Source: Mobula hypostoma (taxonomy: Eukaryota). From it: a DNA stretch of 64,000 nt. Below are positions 51,722 to 64,000 of this stretch, in pieces. The notes beneath the pieces are model-generated. The model was not told the origin of the DNA, did no database searches, and worked only from the letters and a program-made list of their open reading frames with translations. Location: positions 250,420,001-250,484,000 of the forward strand of contig NC_086097.1 in the NCBI RefSeq assembly GCF_963921235.1, given 5' to 3'. Position numbers and translations under genes: made by a program. Numbering within the stretch: position 1 is the first letter of the stretch; each line of letters begins with the position of its first letter.

Positions 51722-53154
51722 CTTTTTAAAAAAGGAGGGAGAGAGAAACCGGGGAATTATAGGCCGGTTAGCCTAACGTCGGTGGTGGGGAAACTGCTGG
51801 AGTCAGTTATCAAGGATGTGATAACAGCACATTTGGAAAGCGGTGAAATGATCGGACAAAGTCAGCATGGATTTGTGAAAGGAAAATCATGTCTGATGCA
51901 TCTCATAGAATTTTTTGAGGATGTAACTAGTAGAGTGGATAGGGGAGAACCAGTGGATGTGGTATATTTGGATTTTCAAAAGGCTTTTGACAAGGTCCCA
52001 CACAGGAGATTAGTGTGCAAACTTAAAGCACACGGTATTGGGGGTAAGGTATTGGTGTGGGTGGAGAATTGGTTAGCAGACAGGAAGCAAAGAGTGGGAA
52101 TAAACGGGACCTTTTCAGAATGGCAGGCGGTGACTAGTGGGGTACCGCAAGGCTCAGTGCTGGGACCCCAATTGTTTACAATATATATTAATGACTTGGA
52201 TGAGGGAATTAAATGCAGCATCTCCAAGTCTGCGGATGACACAAAGCTGGGTGGCAGTGTTAGCTGTGAGGAGGATGCTAAGAGGATGCAGGGTGACTTG
52301 GATAGGTTGGGTGAGTGGGCGAATTCATGGCAGATGCAATTTAATGTGGATAAATGTGAAGTTATCCACTTTGGTGGCAAAAATAGGAAAACAGATTATT
52401 ATCTGAATGGTGGCCGATTAGGAAAAGGGGAGGTGCAACGAGACCTGGGTGTCATTATAAACCAGTCATTGAAAGTGGGCACGCAGGTACAGCAGGCGGT
52501 GAAAAAGGCGAATGGTATGCTGGCATTTATAGCGAGAGGATTCGAGTACAGGAGCAGGGAGGTACTACTGCAGTTGTACAAGGCCTTGGTGAGACCACAC
52601 CTGGAGTATTGTGTGCAGTTTTGGTCCCCTAATCTGAGGAAAGACATCCTTGCCTTAGAAGGAGTACAAAGAAGATTGATTCCTGGGATGGCAGGACTTT
52701 CATATGAAGAAAGACTGGATGAACTGGGCTTGTACTCGTTGGAATTTAGAAGATTGAGGGGGGATCTGATTGAAACGTATAAGATCCTAAAGGGATTGGA
52801 CAGGCTAGATGCAGGAAGATTGTTCCCGATGTTGGGGAAGTCCAGAACGAGGGGCCACAGTTTGAGGATAGAGGGGAAGCCTTTTAGGACCAAGATTAGG
52901 AAAAACTTCTTCACACAGAGAGTGGTGAATCTGTGGAATTCTCTGCCACAGAAAACAGTTGAGGCCAGTTCATTGGCTATATTTAAGAGGGAGTTAGATA
53001 TGGCCCTTGTGGCTACGGGGGTCAGGGGGTTTGGAGGGAAGGCTGGGGCGGGGTTCTGAGTTGGATGATCAGCCATGATTATAATAAATGGCGGTGCAGG
53101 CTCAAAGGGCCGAATGGCCTACTCCTGCACCTATTTTCTATGTTTCTATGTTTC
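51722..53154 (+). mobile_element. Young CR1, 5'-truncated, same subfamily as 388-3272
   Basis: Open RT frame nearly identical to ORF 494..1786; (TTTCTATG)n tail. Confidence 0.95.
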
Positions 53155-53843
53155 TTCACCTTTCCTGCCTATCCCCTCCCTGCTTCCCCCTTACTGGTTT
53201 TTCACCTGGAACCTACAAGCCTTCTCCTTCCCACCCTCCCCCCACCTTCTTTATAGGGCCTCTGCCCCTTCCCTCTACAGTCCTGACGAAGGGTTCCGGC
53301 CGGAAATGTCGTTTCCACGGATGCTGCCCAACCTGCTGAGTTCCTCCAGCGTGTTGTGAGTGTTGCTTTGACCCCAGCATCTGCAGAGTATTTTGTGTTT
53401 TCATTTTCTGCAGTTTTTTCTATAAAACGCAGTGTGTTCTGTTCTTTAAGTTTCACAGTTCAGTATTCACATCTTCAAAATGACGGCATCCATCATTAAG
53501 GACCCCCATCACTCAAGCCCTCTTCCCATTGCTACCATCAGGGAGGATGTTCAGGAGCCTGAAGACACACACTCAACTCTCAGGAACAGCTCCTTCCCCA
53601 TCTTCCCAGCCATCAGATTTCTGAACAGACAATGTACACTACATCAATATTTTTTCTCCATTTGCGCTACTTTTTAAAAAATATATCTCTTGTTATAACA
53701 TGCAGCAGATTTTTTGAATGTATTGCAGTGTACTGCTCCTCCATGACAACAGATTTCACGACGTACGTCAGTGATTATAAACCTGATTCCGATTCCTTCA
53801 GCTGCTTTGGTTGTTGAGTGCTGTACCCTATTACAGTTCATTT

Positions 53844-54078
53844 TCTCTCTCTCTCTCTCTCTCGCACTCTCTCACACTCTCTCTCTCTCTCACACACACA
53901 CTCTCTCTCTCTCTCTCTCACACTCTCTCTCTCTCTCTCTCACACTCTCTCTCACACTCTCTCTCTCTCACACACTCTCTCTCACACTCTCACTCTCTCT
54001 CTCTCTCACACACTCTCTCTCTCTCTCACTCTCTCTCTCTCTCTCACACTCTCTCTCTCTATCTCTCTCTCTCTCACA

Positions 54079-54115
<37 letters not shown>

Positions 54116-54131
54116 TTTCTCTCTCTCTCTT
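53844..54131. repeat. Compound (CT)n/(CA)n microsatellite
   Basis: ~290 bp of ctct interspersed with caca. Confidence 0.97.
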
Positions 54132-54139
54132 CTCCTCCA

Positions 54140-54820
54140 CCCCCCCTACCCGAATTGAGTTTAATATCACTGGCAAATGCTGTCAACTTCTTTGTGTTGT
54201 GGCAGGAGTTCAATGCAATACATAATGATAAAAACTATAACTTGCAATAATATCTATATATAAAAATAAAATTGAATAAGTAATGCAAAAAGACAGCAAA
54301 AGAAGTAGGTCGTGTTCAAGAGTTCATTGTCTGTTCAGAAATCTGACGGTGGAGGGGGAAGGAACTGTTCCTGAAATGTTGAGTGTCTGCCTGCAGTCTC
54401 CTGTACCTCCTTCCTGACAGTAGTATTGAGAAGAGGGCGTGTCCCGGGTGAAGGGGGTCCTCAGTCCCTTTTTGAGGCATCACCTTTGGAAGATATCCTC
54501 AATACTGGGGAGACTAGTGCCCACAATGGAGCTGACCGAGTTTACGACTTTCTGCAGCTTTTTCCGATCCTGTGTGGTGGCCCCTCCAAACCTGATGTTG
54601 ATGCAACCGGTCGGAATGCTCTCCACGGTAAATCTGTAGAAATTAGTGAGTGTCATTGGTGGCATACCAAGTCTCCTGAAACTCCTAATGAAATATAGCT
54701 GCTGTCTTTGTAACTGCATCAACATGTCTGGCTTAGGATAGATCCTCAGAGATGCTGACACCCTGAAGCTGTTCACCTTTTCCACTGCTTATTCCTCGAT
54801 GAGGACTGGTGTGTTCTCTC
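54140..54820 (-). mobile_element. Degenerate Rex1/Babar 3' fragment
   Basis: QLYFIRSFRRLGM...LTNFYRFTVESI.TGCI...RKKLQKVV. Confidence 0.75.
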
Positions 54821-55672
54821 TAATCCAGCCTTGATCCCTTTTGGCATTGAATATGTCATTAGTGTGGGCTAGTTCAGTCTGAGATCAGCAAGCTGAAAAT
54901 ACACCGGGTCTACGCCACAGTTGTACCCTTCCTAGCCTTGGAACACTTCATATGGCCCATTGTATGCTAGGAGGATTGATTTAACAATGTGGTTGCTCTT
55001 TTTAATGAGTAAAGTATTTTATAAACCTTTCTAGTTGCTCACTGTTTATATTCAGTTAATGATTAATGCAGTTGCCTTCATTCTTGTGGGCAGTGTGGGT
55101 CGGAATGTCGCTTGCAATCTATTGGCACAGTTTTCACCTTGCTGCGTGGATGATGACCTGGACGAGTTGATTACATAGTTCATGGTCATCTAATCAACTG
55201 GATGAAAGTTGGGAGTGCTTTACAATGGCTGCACGATCATCTCCTCCACAGCACTGCGGGCACCTCAGTTTACTGGATATTTCAACCGCTCACACTTTAC
55301 ACATTTCAAGTCCAAGCTCAGCTTATTGTCATTCAGTTGTACACACGTATATCACCGAATGAAACAACATTCCTCCAGACACAGTACATATTAATCATAC
55401 ACATAACACATAAAGTTATATTATCTAAAGAAACTTGACAAATAATAAGTTGCATTTACGACACAAGTTTAAAAAGTGAGCAGTATAACACTAACGGCAC
55501 TTCATAAGTGATGAGACCTGGGTGGTGGCTGGGACAGAGGTAGTCTTACAGTCTGGGAGAAGAAGCTGCTTCCTATCCTAACAGTCCTTGTACCTCCTGC
55601 CTGATGGTCGGGGGTCAAAGAGATTGTTGAACAGATGGGAGGGATCACTGGCAATGCTAAGGGCCCTGCTCC

Positions 55673-58600
55673 TGATAATTATCTTGGAGACTTCCAGTCT
55701 CCCAGATGGTCATAACTGCTCTAGGTGCACCGAGATGCAGCTCCTGAGAGACCGTGTTAGGGATCTGGAGCTGCGGCTCGATGACCTACAGCTTATGAGG
55801 GAGAGTGAACAGGAGATAGAGAGGAGATACAGGGAGTTAGTCACCCCGAGGCTGCAGGAGTTAGATAAGGTGGTGACTGTCAGGGAAGGGATGGGTAGAG
55901 CTCAGATAGTAGAGAGCACCCCTATGGCCATCCCGCTCAGTAATCATTATCTTGCTTTGGATGTTGAGGGAGGTGACCTGACAGAGGACAAGCATGGTGA
56001 TCGGGTCTCTGGCACTGAGCCTGGCTCTGTGGTGCAGAAGGGAGAGAAGAAGATGAGGAACGCCGTAGTCATAGGGGATTCCATAGTGAGAGGAGCAGAC
56101 AGGGGGTTCTGTCAGCCTGACAGAGATACCGCCTGGTCTGTTGCCTCCCAGGTGCCAGGGTACGGGATGTCTCGGATCGGGTGCAAAGTATTCTGAAGGG
56201 AGAGGGCCGGAGTCTTGGTACATGTTGGTACCAATGACATAGGTAGAAAAAGGGAGGAGGTCATGAAGAGAGAATTCAGGGAGTTGGGTAGGAAGCTGAA
56301 AAGCAGGACCTCCAGAGTAGTAATCTCAGGATTGCTGCCTGTGCCACGTGCTAACGAGCGCGAGAATAGCATAATCAGGCATATTAATATCATGGCTGAC
56401 AGACTGGTGTAGGGGCACGGCATGGGTTCCTGGATCATTGAGACCTCTTCTGGGGGAGGTATGACCTGTACAAAAAGGACGAGTTACACCTGAACCCAAA
56501 GGGATCCAATATCCTAGCAGGCAGGTTTAATAGAGCTGTTAAGGGAGGGTTTAAACTAATTTGGCAGGGGGGTGGGAACCAGAATGATCGGGGTAAGGAA
56601 GGGGAAAACAGAAATAAATCAAAGATTGCGTGCAACAGAGATGCTAGAAAGACAGACAGGAGATGAGGCATAATTACAGCCAGTGGGATGAGTTACGGGG
56701 CAATAGAGGCGTGGTGCAGTTAAAACAGAAAGCGACAAATACTGGACTGAAAGTGTTGTATTTGAATGCACACAGCATAAGAAATAAAATGGACGATCTT
56801 GAAATTCAGCTACAGATTGGCAAGTATGACGTTGTGGCCATCTCTGAAACTTGGCTAAAGGATGGCTGCCATTGGGAGCTGAACATCCAAGGATATACAG
56901 TGTATCTGAAAGATAGGTTAGTAGGCAGAGGGGGTGGTGTGGCGCTGTGTATAAGAAATAATATTAAATCATTAGAAAGGGATGACATAGGATTACGGTG
57001 TAGACTCTATGGGTTGAGTTAAGAAATGGCAAGCGTAAAAGGACCCTAATGGCAGTTGTACACAGGCCTCCAAACAGCAGCTGGGATGTGGATTACAAAT
57101 TACAGCAGGAGATAGAAAAGGCGCGTCAGAAGGTCAATGTCATGATAATCATTGGGGATTTTAACATGAAATTGGATTGGGAAAACCAGGCCTGTACTGG
57201 ACCTCAAGAGAGAATTTGTAGAATGTCTGCAAGATGGCTTTTTAGAACAGCTTGTTGTTGAGCCCACTAGGGGATCGGCTGTGCTGGATTGGGTGTTGTG
57301 CAATGATCTGGAGCTGATAAGAGAGCTTAAGGTTAAGGAACCTTTAGGGAACAGTGATCACAATATGATCGAGTTCACATTGAAATTTCAGAAGGAGAAA
57401 CTAAAATCCAGTATGTCGGTATTTCAGTGGAAATAAAGAAAATTACAATAGCATGAGAGGGGAACTGGCCAAGTTGACTAGAAAAGGACACTAGCAGGAA
57501 GGACAGCAGAGCAGCAATGGCTGGGATTTCTCGAAAAATGAGGGAAGTGTAAGACAGATATATTCCAAATAAAAGAAATTTTCAAATCGAAGAAGGACAC
57601 TACTGTGGCTAACCAATGAAGTCAGAGCCAAAGTAAAAGCAAAAGAGAGGGCATACAAGGAAGCCAAAGCTAGTGGAAAGATAGAGGATTGGGAAGCTTT
57701 TAAAAACTTGCAGAAGGAAACTAAGAAGGTCATTAGGAAGGAAAAGATGAATGATGAAAGGAAGCTGGCGACTAATATCAAAGAAGATACTAAAAGCATT
57801 TTGAAGTATATAAAGGGTAAAAAAGAGTTGAGGGTAGACATAGGACCAATACAAAATGACACTGGAGATTGTTATGAGAGACGCAGAGATGGCAGAGGAA
57901 CTGAACGCGTATTTTGCATCGGTCTTCACAGTGGAAGACATCTGCAGTATACCGGACATTAAAGAGTGCAGGGAAGTTAAGTATGTGCAGTGAAAATTAC
58001 AACTGAGAAGGTGCTCAGGAAGCTTAATGGTCTGAGGGTGGATAAATCTCCTGGACCTGATTTAATGCACCCTCAGGTTCTGAAAGAAGTAGCTGGAGAG
58101 ATTGCAGAGGCATGAACAATGATCTTTTAAGTATTGATAGATTCTGGCATTGTACCGGATGACTGGAAACTTGCAAATGTTACTCCACTTTTTCAGAAGG
58201 GTGGGAGGCAGCAAAAAGGAAACTATAGACCTGTTAGCCTGACATCAGTGGTTGGGAAGTTGTTGGAATCAATCGTTAGGGATGAGATTACGGAGTACCT
58301 GAAGGCACATGATAAGATGGGCCAAAGCCAGCATGGTTTCCTGAAAGGAAAATCCTGCCTGACTATCCTACTGCAATTTTTTTGAGGAAATTACAAGCAG
58401 GGTAGACAAAAAAGATGCAGTAAATGTTGTATACTTGGATTTTCAGAAGGCCTTTGACAAGGTGCCACACATGAGGCTGCTTAACAAGATAAGAGCCCAT
58501 GAATTACAGGGGAGTTACTAGCATGGGTGGAGCATTGGCTGATTGGCAGAAGACAAAGAGTGGGAATAAAAGGATCCTCTTCTGGCTGGAGTTCCACAGG

Positions 58601-59610
58601 GGTCAGTGTTGGGACCGCTACTTTTTATGATGTATGTCAATGACTTGGACTATGAGATTAATGGACATGTGGCTAAATTTGCTGATGATACAAAGATAGG
58701 TGGAGGAGTGGGTAGTGTTGAGGAAATGCAGAGCCTGCAGAGAGACTTAGATAGTTTAGGGGAATGGGCAAAGAAGTGGCAAATGAAATACAATGTGGGA
58801 AATTGTATGGTCATGCATTTTGGTGGAAGAAATAAACGGGCAGACTATTACTTAGATGGGGAGAGAATTCAAAATGCGGAGATGCAAAGGGACTTGGGAG
58901 TTCTTGTGCAAGATACCCTAAAGGTTAACCTCCAGGTTGAGTCAGTGGTGAAGGAGGTGAATGCAATGTTGGCATTCATTTCTAGAGGTATAGAATATAA
59001 GAGCAGGGATGTGTTGTTGAGGCTCTATAAGGCACTCGTGAGACCACACTTGGAGTATTGTGTGCAGTTTTGGGCTCCTTATTTTAGAAAAGATATACTG
59101 ACATTGGAGAGGGTCCAGAGAAGATTCACGAGAATGATTCCAGGAATGAAAGGTTTACAGTATGAGGAATGTCTGGCAGCTCTTGGGCTATATTCCTTGG
59201 AGTTCAGGAGAATGAGGGGGGATTTCATAGAAACATTCCAAATGTTAAAAGGCCTGAACAGATTAGATATGGCAAAGTTATTTCCCATGGTAGGGGAGTT
59301 CAGGACAGGAGGGTACGACTTCAGGATTGAAGGACGTCCATTTCAAACAGAGATGCAGAGAAATTACTTTGGTCAGGAGATGGTAAATCTGTGGAATTTG
59401 TTGCCGCGAGCAGCTGTGGAGGCCAAGTCATTGGGTGTAATTAAGGCAGAGATAGATAGGTTCTTGATTAGCCAGGGCATCAAAGGGTATGGGGTGAAAG
59501 CAGGAGAGTGGGGATGACTGGAAGAATTGGATCAGCCCATGATTGAATGGCGGAGCAGACTCGATGGGCTGAATGGCCTGCTTCTGCTCCTATATCTTAT
59601 GGTCTTATGG
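55673..59610 (+). mobile_element. Near full-length but frameshifted CR1 (ORF1 with SGNH esterase domain + ORF2), inserted in a Rex1-like fragment
   Basis: ORF1 VVIGDSIVRG, VHVGTNDIG, D.LHLN; ORF2 LYLNAHSIRNK, AISETWL, GDFN, FADD; tail tcttatggtcttatgg. Confidence 0.92.
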
Positions 59611-59914
59611 GTGGAAGAGAGACCCCAATGATCCTCTCAGTGGTCCTTGCATTTCTGTGTGGGGTCTTGCAATTAGGTGCCTTGGAATTCCTGTACCAGA
59701 CGGTGAATCAGCTGGTCAGGTCCCTCTCAATAGTTCTCCTATAAAAACTGGCTAAATTGTGCAGGAATTGAAGCCTCACTCACCTCAATCCCCTCAGGAA
59801 GTGGAGATGCTGCTGCGCTTTCTTGACAAAGCGGTGGTGTTGAGGGATCAGGTGAGATCGTTCATTATGAACTCTCTGATAATAATAGGTAGAATGATAC
59901 ATCTTGTTGTGCAC

Positions 59915-62060
59915 TCTGATACATCATCAGGGTGTTTCGGATCTTTCATCATCAGACACCCTCGCCGGGTGACCCAGCCGGGATCAATCAAGCCCCAACT
60001 TGTGTCTGAGTAGCATTCAGCCATGGATTACTCCTCCTGATCCACAGCCATCTCGATCGAGGCTCGCTCTGCTGCCTCTAAGGTGTTCCTGATGGTTTTC
60101 CTCTCCTGGTCTCCTGAGGTGTCCATCGGGCTGTAGGCTTGGCCCAGCAAAGCCTCTGCAGCTCACCTCTGTGGGCATACAGTGTTCCCACCACCCCTTG
60201 CTGCAGCACTTGTCCACTGAGTCTTGGTACTTTGTCTCTTTCCTTTCATGGGCCTCCTCCCAGGGAGCGGTCAGTTCCACATGACCACCTATCTCGATGA
60301 CTCTGGCAGCAGCACTCCGTCTGGCCTATGCGTGGTCGAGCAGATGTGCTCAGGGAATCTGAGCTGCTTCCCCAGGGTCGACTCTCAATTGCCAGTCCTT
60401 TGCAGTTCCTAGGAAACCGGTGTGCTCCTGGGATTGGGTTTGGCTTTCTCCCCAGCTTTGATGAAAGCAATTACTTTGCACAAGGTGTCAGCCACTGTCT
60501 TCAGCCCCTGGTCATGGTGCCAATGATAACGCGCCTCCCCCAGGGGTTTTGGGCAGCAGCTGAGAATGTCCTCTAGTGTCCCCTTCCCTTGGCACAGGGA
60601 GCATGCTGGTGTTTTGGCCTTGCCCCAGCCGGGCTTGCCAAGACATCATAGACTAACTGGATCAGGAACTTGATGCTCGCCAAATGTCCCCCCGTGAGAT
60701 GTGCTCCGTTACCCGGTCCCACCTTCTCCACGTGCCTCATTGCCGCATGCCAGCAATGTTACTGGCACATAGCTCCTCTGCCGCAGCTCGCATTTCCCGC
60801 TGGACCAACTGGTGCCTCGCGGTGCCTCGCTCTTCCTCGCACCTTATCGTAGCTGACTATTGGGAAGCAACCCAAGCCTGCCATTCCGATGCCACTGAGC
60901 CCACCAGCACCCTGTGCTTTGGCTTGTTCAACTGCATCCTGTGCCCTCCCCCTCATGCCCGTCCTCGCCTCAGTGCCAGCGTGTGAGACCTTCGGGCCGC
61001 TGGGCTCTCTGTATTGCATCACTTCTCTTGCGCTGGTGACCATGAGCTCCTTGCTCATACTGCTGACGGGGAGTTTCCGTCTGTTTAGGCTCCAAGGCAG
61101 ATCCAGCCACCTCCCCAGACACTGGCTGGATTTTCCCTCAAAAGTCTCAACTGTTGACAGTGGGACATCTTAGACTAGCAGAGGCCACAGGATCCGAGGG
61201 AGAATAACATGCTGATAACTCCAAGCCTTGAATTTACCTGGCAGCCCTGACTTATCCACAGCAGTCAACCATTGCTGTAGCTCTTCCCTGGCTGCTTTGA
61301 TGGTTGCTGCATCTTCAGTGAGCTGTTAAACACTTCGCCAAGGCTCTTCACTGGCTTGGAATCTGGGCGCCTCCCAGATTAAAGCAGAATTTGTCAACCA
61401 GCTTTTCTCTCTTAAGTACTAAAGATCTGGATTTCCTGGGATTGAAGCTCATCCTCGCCCAACCAATGAGCTTCTCCAGCTCTGGAGGGTCGATCTGCAT
61501 CTACCATTATTGTTACAGTCAGGTCATTTCGGTGGCTAATGGACTCCAGACCTGGCCAACAGGCCTCTGCACTCCACCTCTGATGACTTGGCCAACACGT
61601 CCATCGCCAAAGAGAAGATGATCAGAGACTCTGTGCATCGTGCCATGATCTCTTTCTCAGGATGATGCCAATCAGATGTGACTGTCCCAAAGGTGACTCT
61701 TGTACTGACATTTCTGTAGTAGTCCAGAATGAGTTCCCTGGTCCTGAATGGGCATGGTGGTGTTCAAGGGCACTTCAACCAGCTTATGTGGTATGGAAGC
61801 ACAGGCATTTGTGAGGTCCAGCCAGAGTATGAGGAGATCCCCCTTGCCTTCCCGTGCTTCTCTGATCAACTGAGTGATCACTCCTGTATGCTCTAAGCAC
61901 CCTGGAACCTGCACTATCCCACCCTTTTGCACTGAGATGTCAATGTAATGGTTCTTCAGGAGGTACTCTGTTGGATGTCAGGCAATGACACTGAAAAATA
62001 TCTTCCCCTCAACGCTGAGCAGTGAGATGACCCGAAACTCCTTGATGTCCTTGGAGTTTG
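59915..62060 (-). mobile_element. Hero/NeSL-like non-LTR retrotransposon with restriction-like endonuclease, degenerate
   Basis: RT remnants FRVISLLSVEGKIFF and QKGG...PGCLEH...WLDL.NA..SIPH; C-terminal RLE remnant ELT.PWEE..ERK..KY......C...GW.....P.EV.CRGF. Confidence 0.8.
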
Positions 62061-62644
62061 GAGCTTGAAACTTGGCACACGGAGGAGCTGTGTACGTGCA
62101 CTGAGGTATGGTCCTAAAGTCTGCAATCTATAAATTTACACCTGTAAACTTGTAAATCTGGTGTATTAATTAATTACATTTATCTATCACACTGCAGTTA
62201 ACTTAACAAATCCCAAGTTCAAGACTGAAATCACTGAGGATAAGAGTGGACGGTGAGTGTTCAGCGCCGTTTGCCTGCATTTGACCGGCCTCTCTCTCCC
62301 TCTCACTCGATGCCTTCAGAGGATGGTACCACAGTCTTGGGTCTTGGGCAAGGTTTGATTGGCGTGGTTTGTGGATTGGACTGTGCAGTTCACATTATTA
62401 TGTGTTTCTGGTTCCTCCTTTTATTATTCCTATTTTGAACAAGTTTTGATTGGAGCGAACTAGCTCTGCAGCCTGCGGTCAAAGAATGACAGCACTAGAT
62501 TTTAAACTGACTGATCTAAACTGAACTGTCCTAGCCTGTTTCAAGGACTCTGCGGTTTGATGTTTAATATTCTATGTGTTATTCTCTTGTTTGTTGTTGT
62601 TTGCACAATTTTTTTTTGTGCATTGGATGTTAGATGTTTTCTGT

Positions 62645-63520
62645 TGTAACATACCCCGTGGGTATCTTGTGACTGCCTTATGAGCACGATGTAATGGTCT
62701 TGCGGAGGTCACATGATGTAATTTTCCTGCCAGTGTGAGGTCACATGATGACCTGTTCTCAACAGGTATAAAGGAGGCCCCTGGTGTGATGCAGTTAGTT
62801 TCCAGTTTAGTTTTGTGTTAGTTCGTCAGTTACTCCATTATGCTGCGTATTTGTCATGATGCAGCTTCGTTTTAAAACAGAGTTTTCCTGTCTATTTTAA
62901 GGTGCAAAGATTGGTGCTGGCAGTTTTGCCAATTGCTGCCAGGTTTGTGTCTTGCATCTATAATTTCCCCCTTTTCAGTAGTATTGGAGAGTGAAGACTT
63001 TATTAAAGGACAGAAACCTGAAGGATTGGAATAAAGTTGGAGTTGTTCGGTGGCTTTACAAAGGATCGACCTTAATGAGGATTCGTTCATAATATAGTGG
63101 CCTGTGTCTGAGATAACTCCTGCAAGAGCAGGGAAGTTGTGCAGTGTTCACTCGCCAGGAAAAGGTCAGTTCCTTAAAGCCATTTTCTTTCCTTCGTTGT
63201 GAATCCTTTGGAGAATCAGCGGTAACGTCACGTCTTCGAAGAAATCTGTTTCCAGAGAAGTTTCTCCTTAATGACTGTGTAAATCACTTGGACTTTCGAA
63301 TTTACCATTTTAAGACTGGGTTTGAATTTACCACTTTAAGAACTGTTTTCGCATTTACCCTTTTAAGAACTGTTCCAGAGTTGCCATATAGCAGTCAACT
63401 TCCGTTTATGTTAGTCATTTGAATACTTTTCGCTGTTTGTTGAGCAGAGTTTAATAAATATTTGTTTGTTTTTATGAAACCTGCCTCAATTGATAATTCA
63501 TTGTTGCCGATCACCCGACA
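62645..63520 (+). mobile_element. Solo LTR (876 bp)
   Basis: Starts TGTAAC, ends GACA; 4-bp TSD CTGT at 62641-62644 and 63521-63524; TATAAA at 62767-62772 and AATAAA at 63453-63458; flanking repeat rejoins across it. Confidence 0.8.
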
Positions 63521-63739
63521 CTGTGAATGGATTCCAAGGTGTTTCTTTGTTTTGTGGCTGTCTGTGGGAAGACAAATCTCAGGGCTTTATACTGCACATG
63601 CACTTTGGTAACGAATGTACCTTGAACTTTGAAGATGGTTAATCAACCATGATGGTATGGCGGAGCAGACTCGATAGACCGAATGCCTAATTTTGCTCCA
63701 GTCTTTTATGCTCTTAATACAGATGAAGCCAAGTAAGGG

Positions 63740-64000
63740 AAGGCAGTGGCACTGTAGCGATTAGTGTAACACTACTGCTGTGCCAGCTGTAAGATCGTGG
63801 TTCGATACCCGCCACTGTCTGTAAGGAGTTTGTACATTTTCCTCATGGCTGTGTGGGTTTCCTCTGGATGTTTCGGTTCCCTCCCACACTCCAAGGATGT
63901 ACGGGTCAGAGTTAGAGATTTCTGGTATGCTATTTTGGCGTTGGAAGTGTGGTGACACCTGTGGGCTGCCCAGCACAATCCTCACTGATTTGATTTGACA
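63740..64000 (+). mobile_element. V-SINE/HE1-like SINE
   Basis: B-box-like GGTTCGATACC followed by ctgtaaggagtttgtac...gtgggtttcctctggatgtttcggttccctcccacactccaa. Confidence 0.75.

Larger units (their letters stand above)
50101..53400. mobile_element. Neptune-type PLE (minus strand) with inverted terminal repeat, each arm interrupted by a CR1
   Basis: GIY-YIG ORF 51249..51575; left arm 50101-50270 + 51084-51250 is the reverse complement of right arm 51601-51721 + 53155-53365. Confidence 0.88.

Noticed and set aside
53771..54250. Ser/Leu/His-rich and Glu/Arg-rich ORFs
   Set aside because: Translations of the (CT)/(CA) microsatellite.
59929..59962. Minus-strand CTGATGA...GAAA in the Hero-like 3' UTR, resembling a hammerhead
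   Set aside because: The spacer (tgaaagatcc) forms no stem II, there is no NUH site after GAAA, and the flanks AGGGTGT/ACACCCT simply close one hairpin; more likely a LINE 3' stem-loop.
42600..64000. Search for exons of a neighbouring gene such as COLEC10 upstream of MAL2
   Set aside because: No recognisable non-TE coding sequence found; short exons could have been missed by eye.

Overview
Vertebrate genomic DNA, most likely a cartilaginous fish (shark or ray); this is inferred from the repeat complement (abundant CR1, V-SINE/HE1-like, Neptune-type Penelope and Rex1/Babar elements). One host gene is present: a complete four-exon MAL2 (MARVEL-domain protein, 176 aa) on the minus strand, CDS join(42276..42398, 42007..42177, 6557..6721, 4726..4797). 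It has a 98-nt intron 1, a 35.3-kb intron 2, a CpG-island promoter and an AT-rich 3' UTR with three AATAAA signals. Almost everything else is nested transposon sequence: CR1, L1, Rex1/Babar, a Hero-like RLE LINE, RTE-derived short elements, Penelope-like elements (PLEs), hAT/Charlie, Tigger, a MITE and a solo LTR. The most interesting non-coding signals are RNA-catalytic motifs. About ten copies of a minimal type-I hammerhead ribozyme sit in PLE termini, several in fold-back arrangements and several sense to the MAL2 pre-mRNA. A short RTE-like non-autonomous element ~1.2-1.5 kb upstream of the MAL2 start codon carries a twister-ribozyme-like head with its 5' half triplicated. All calls were made by eye; boundaries of old repeats are approximate and no database search was run.
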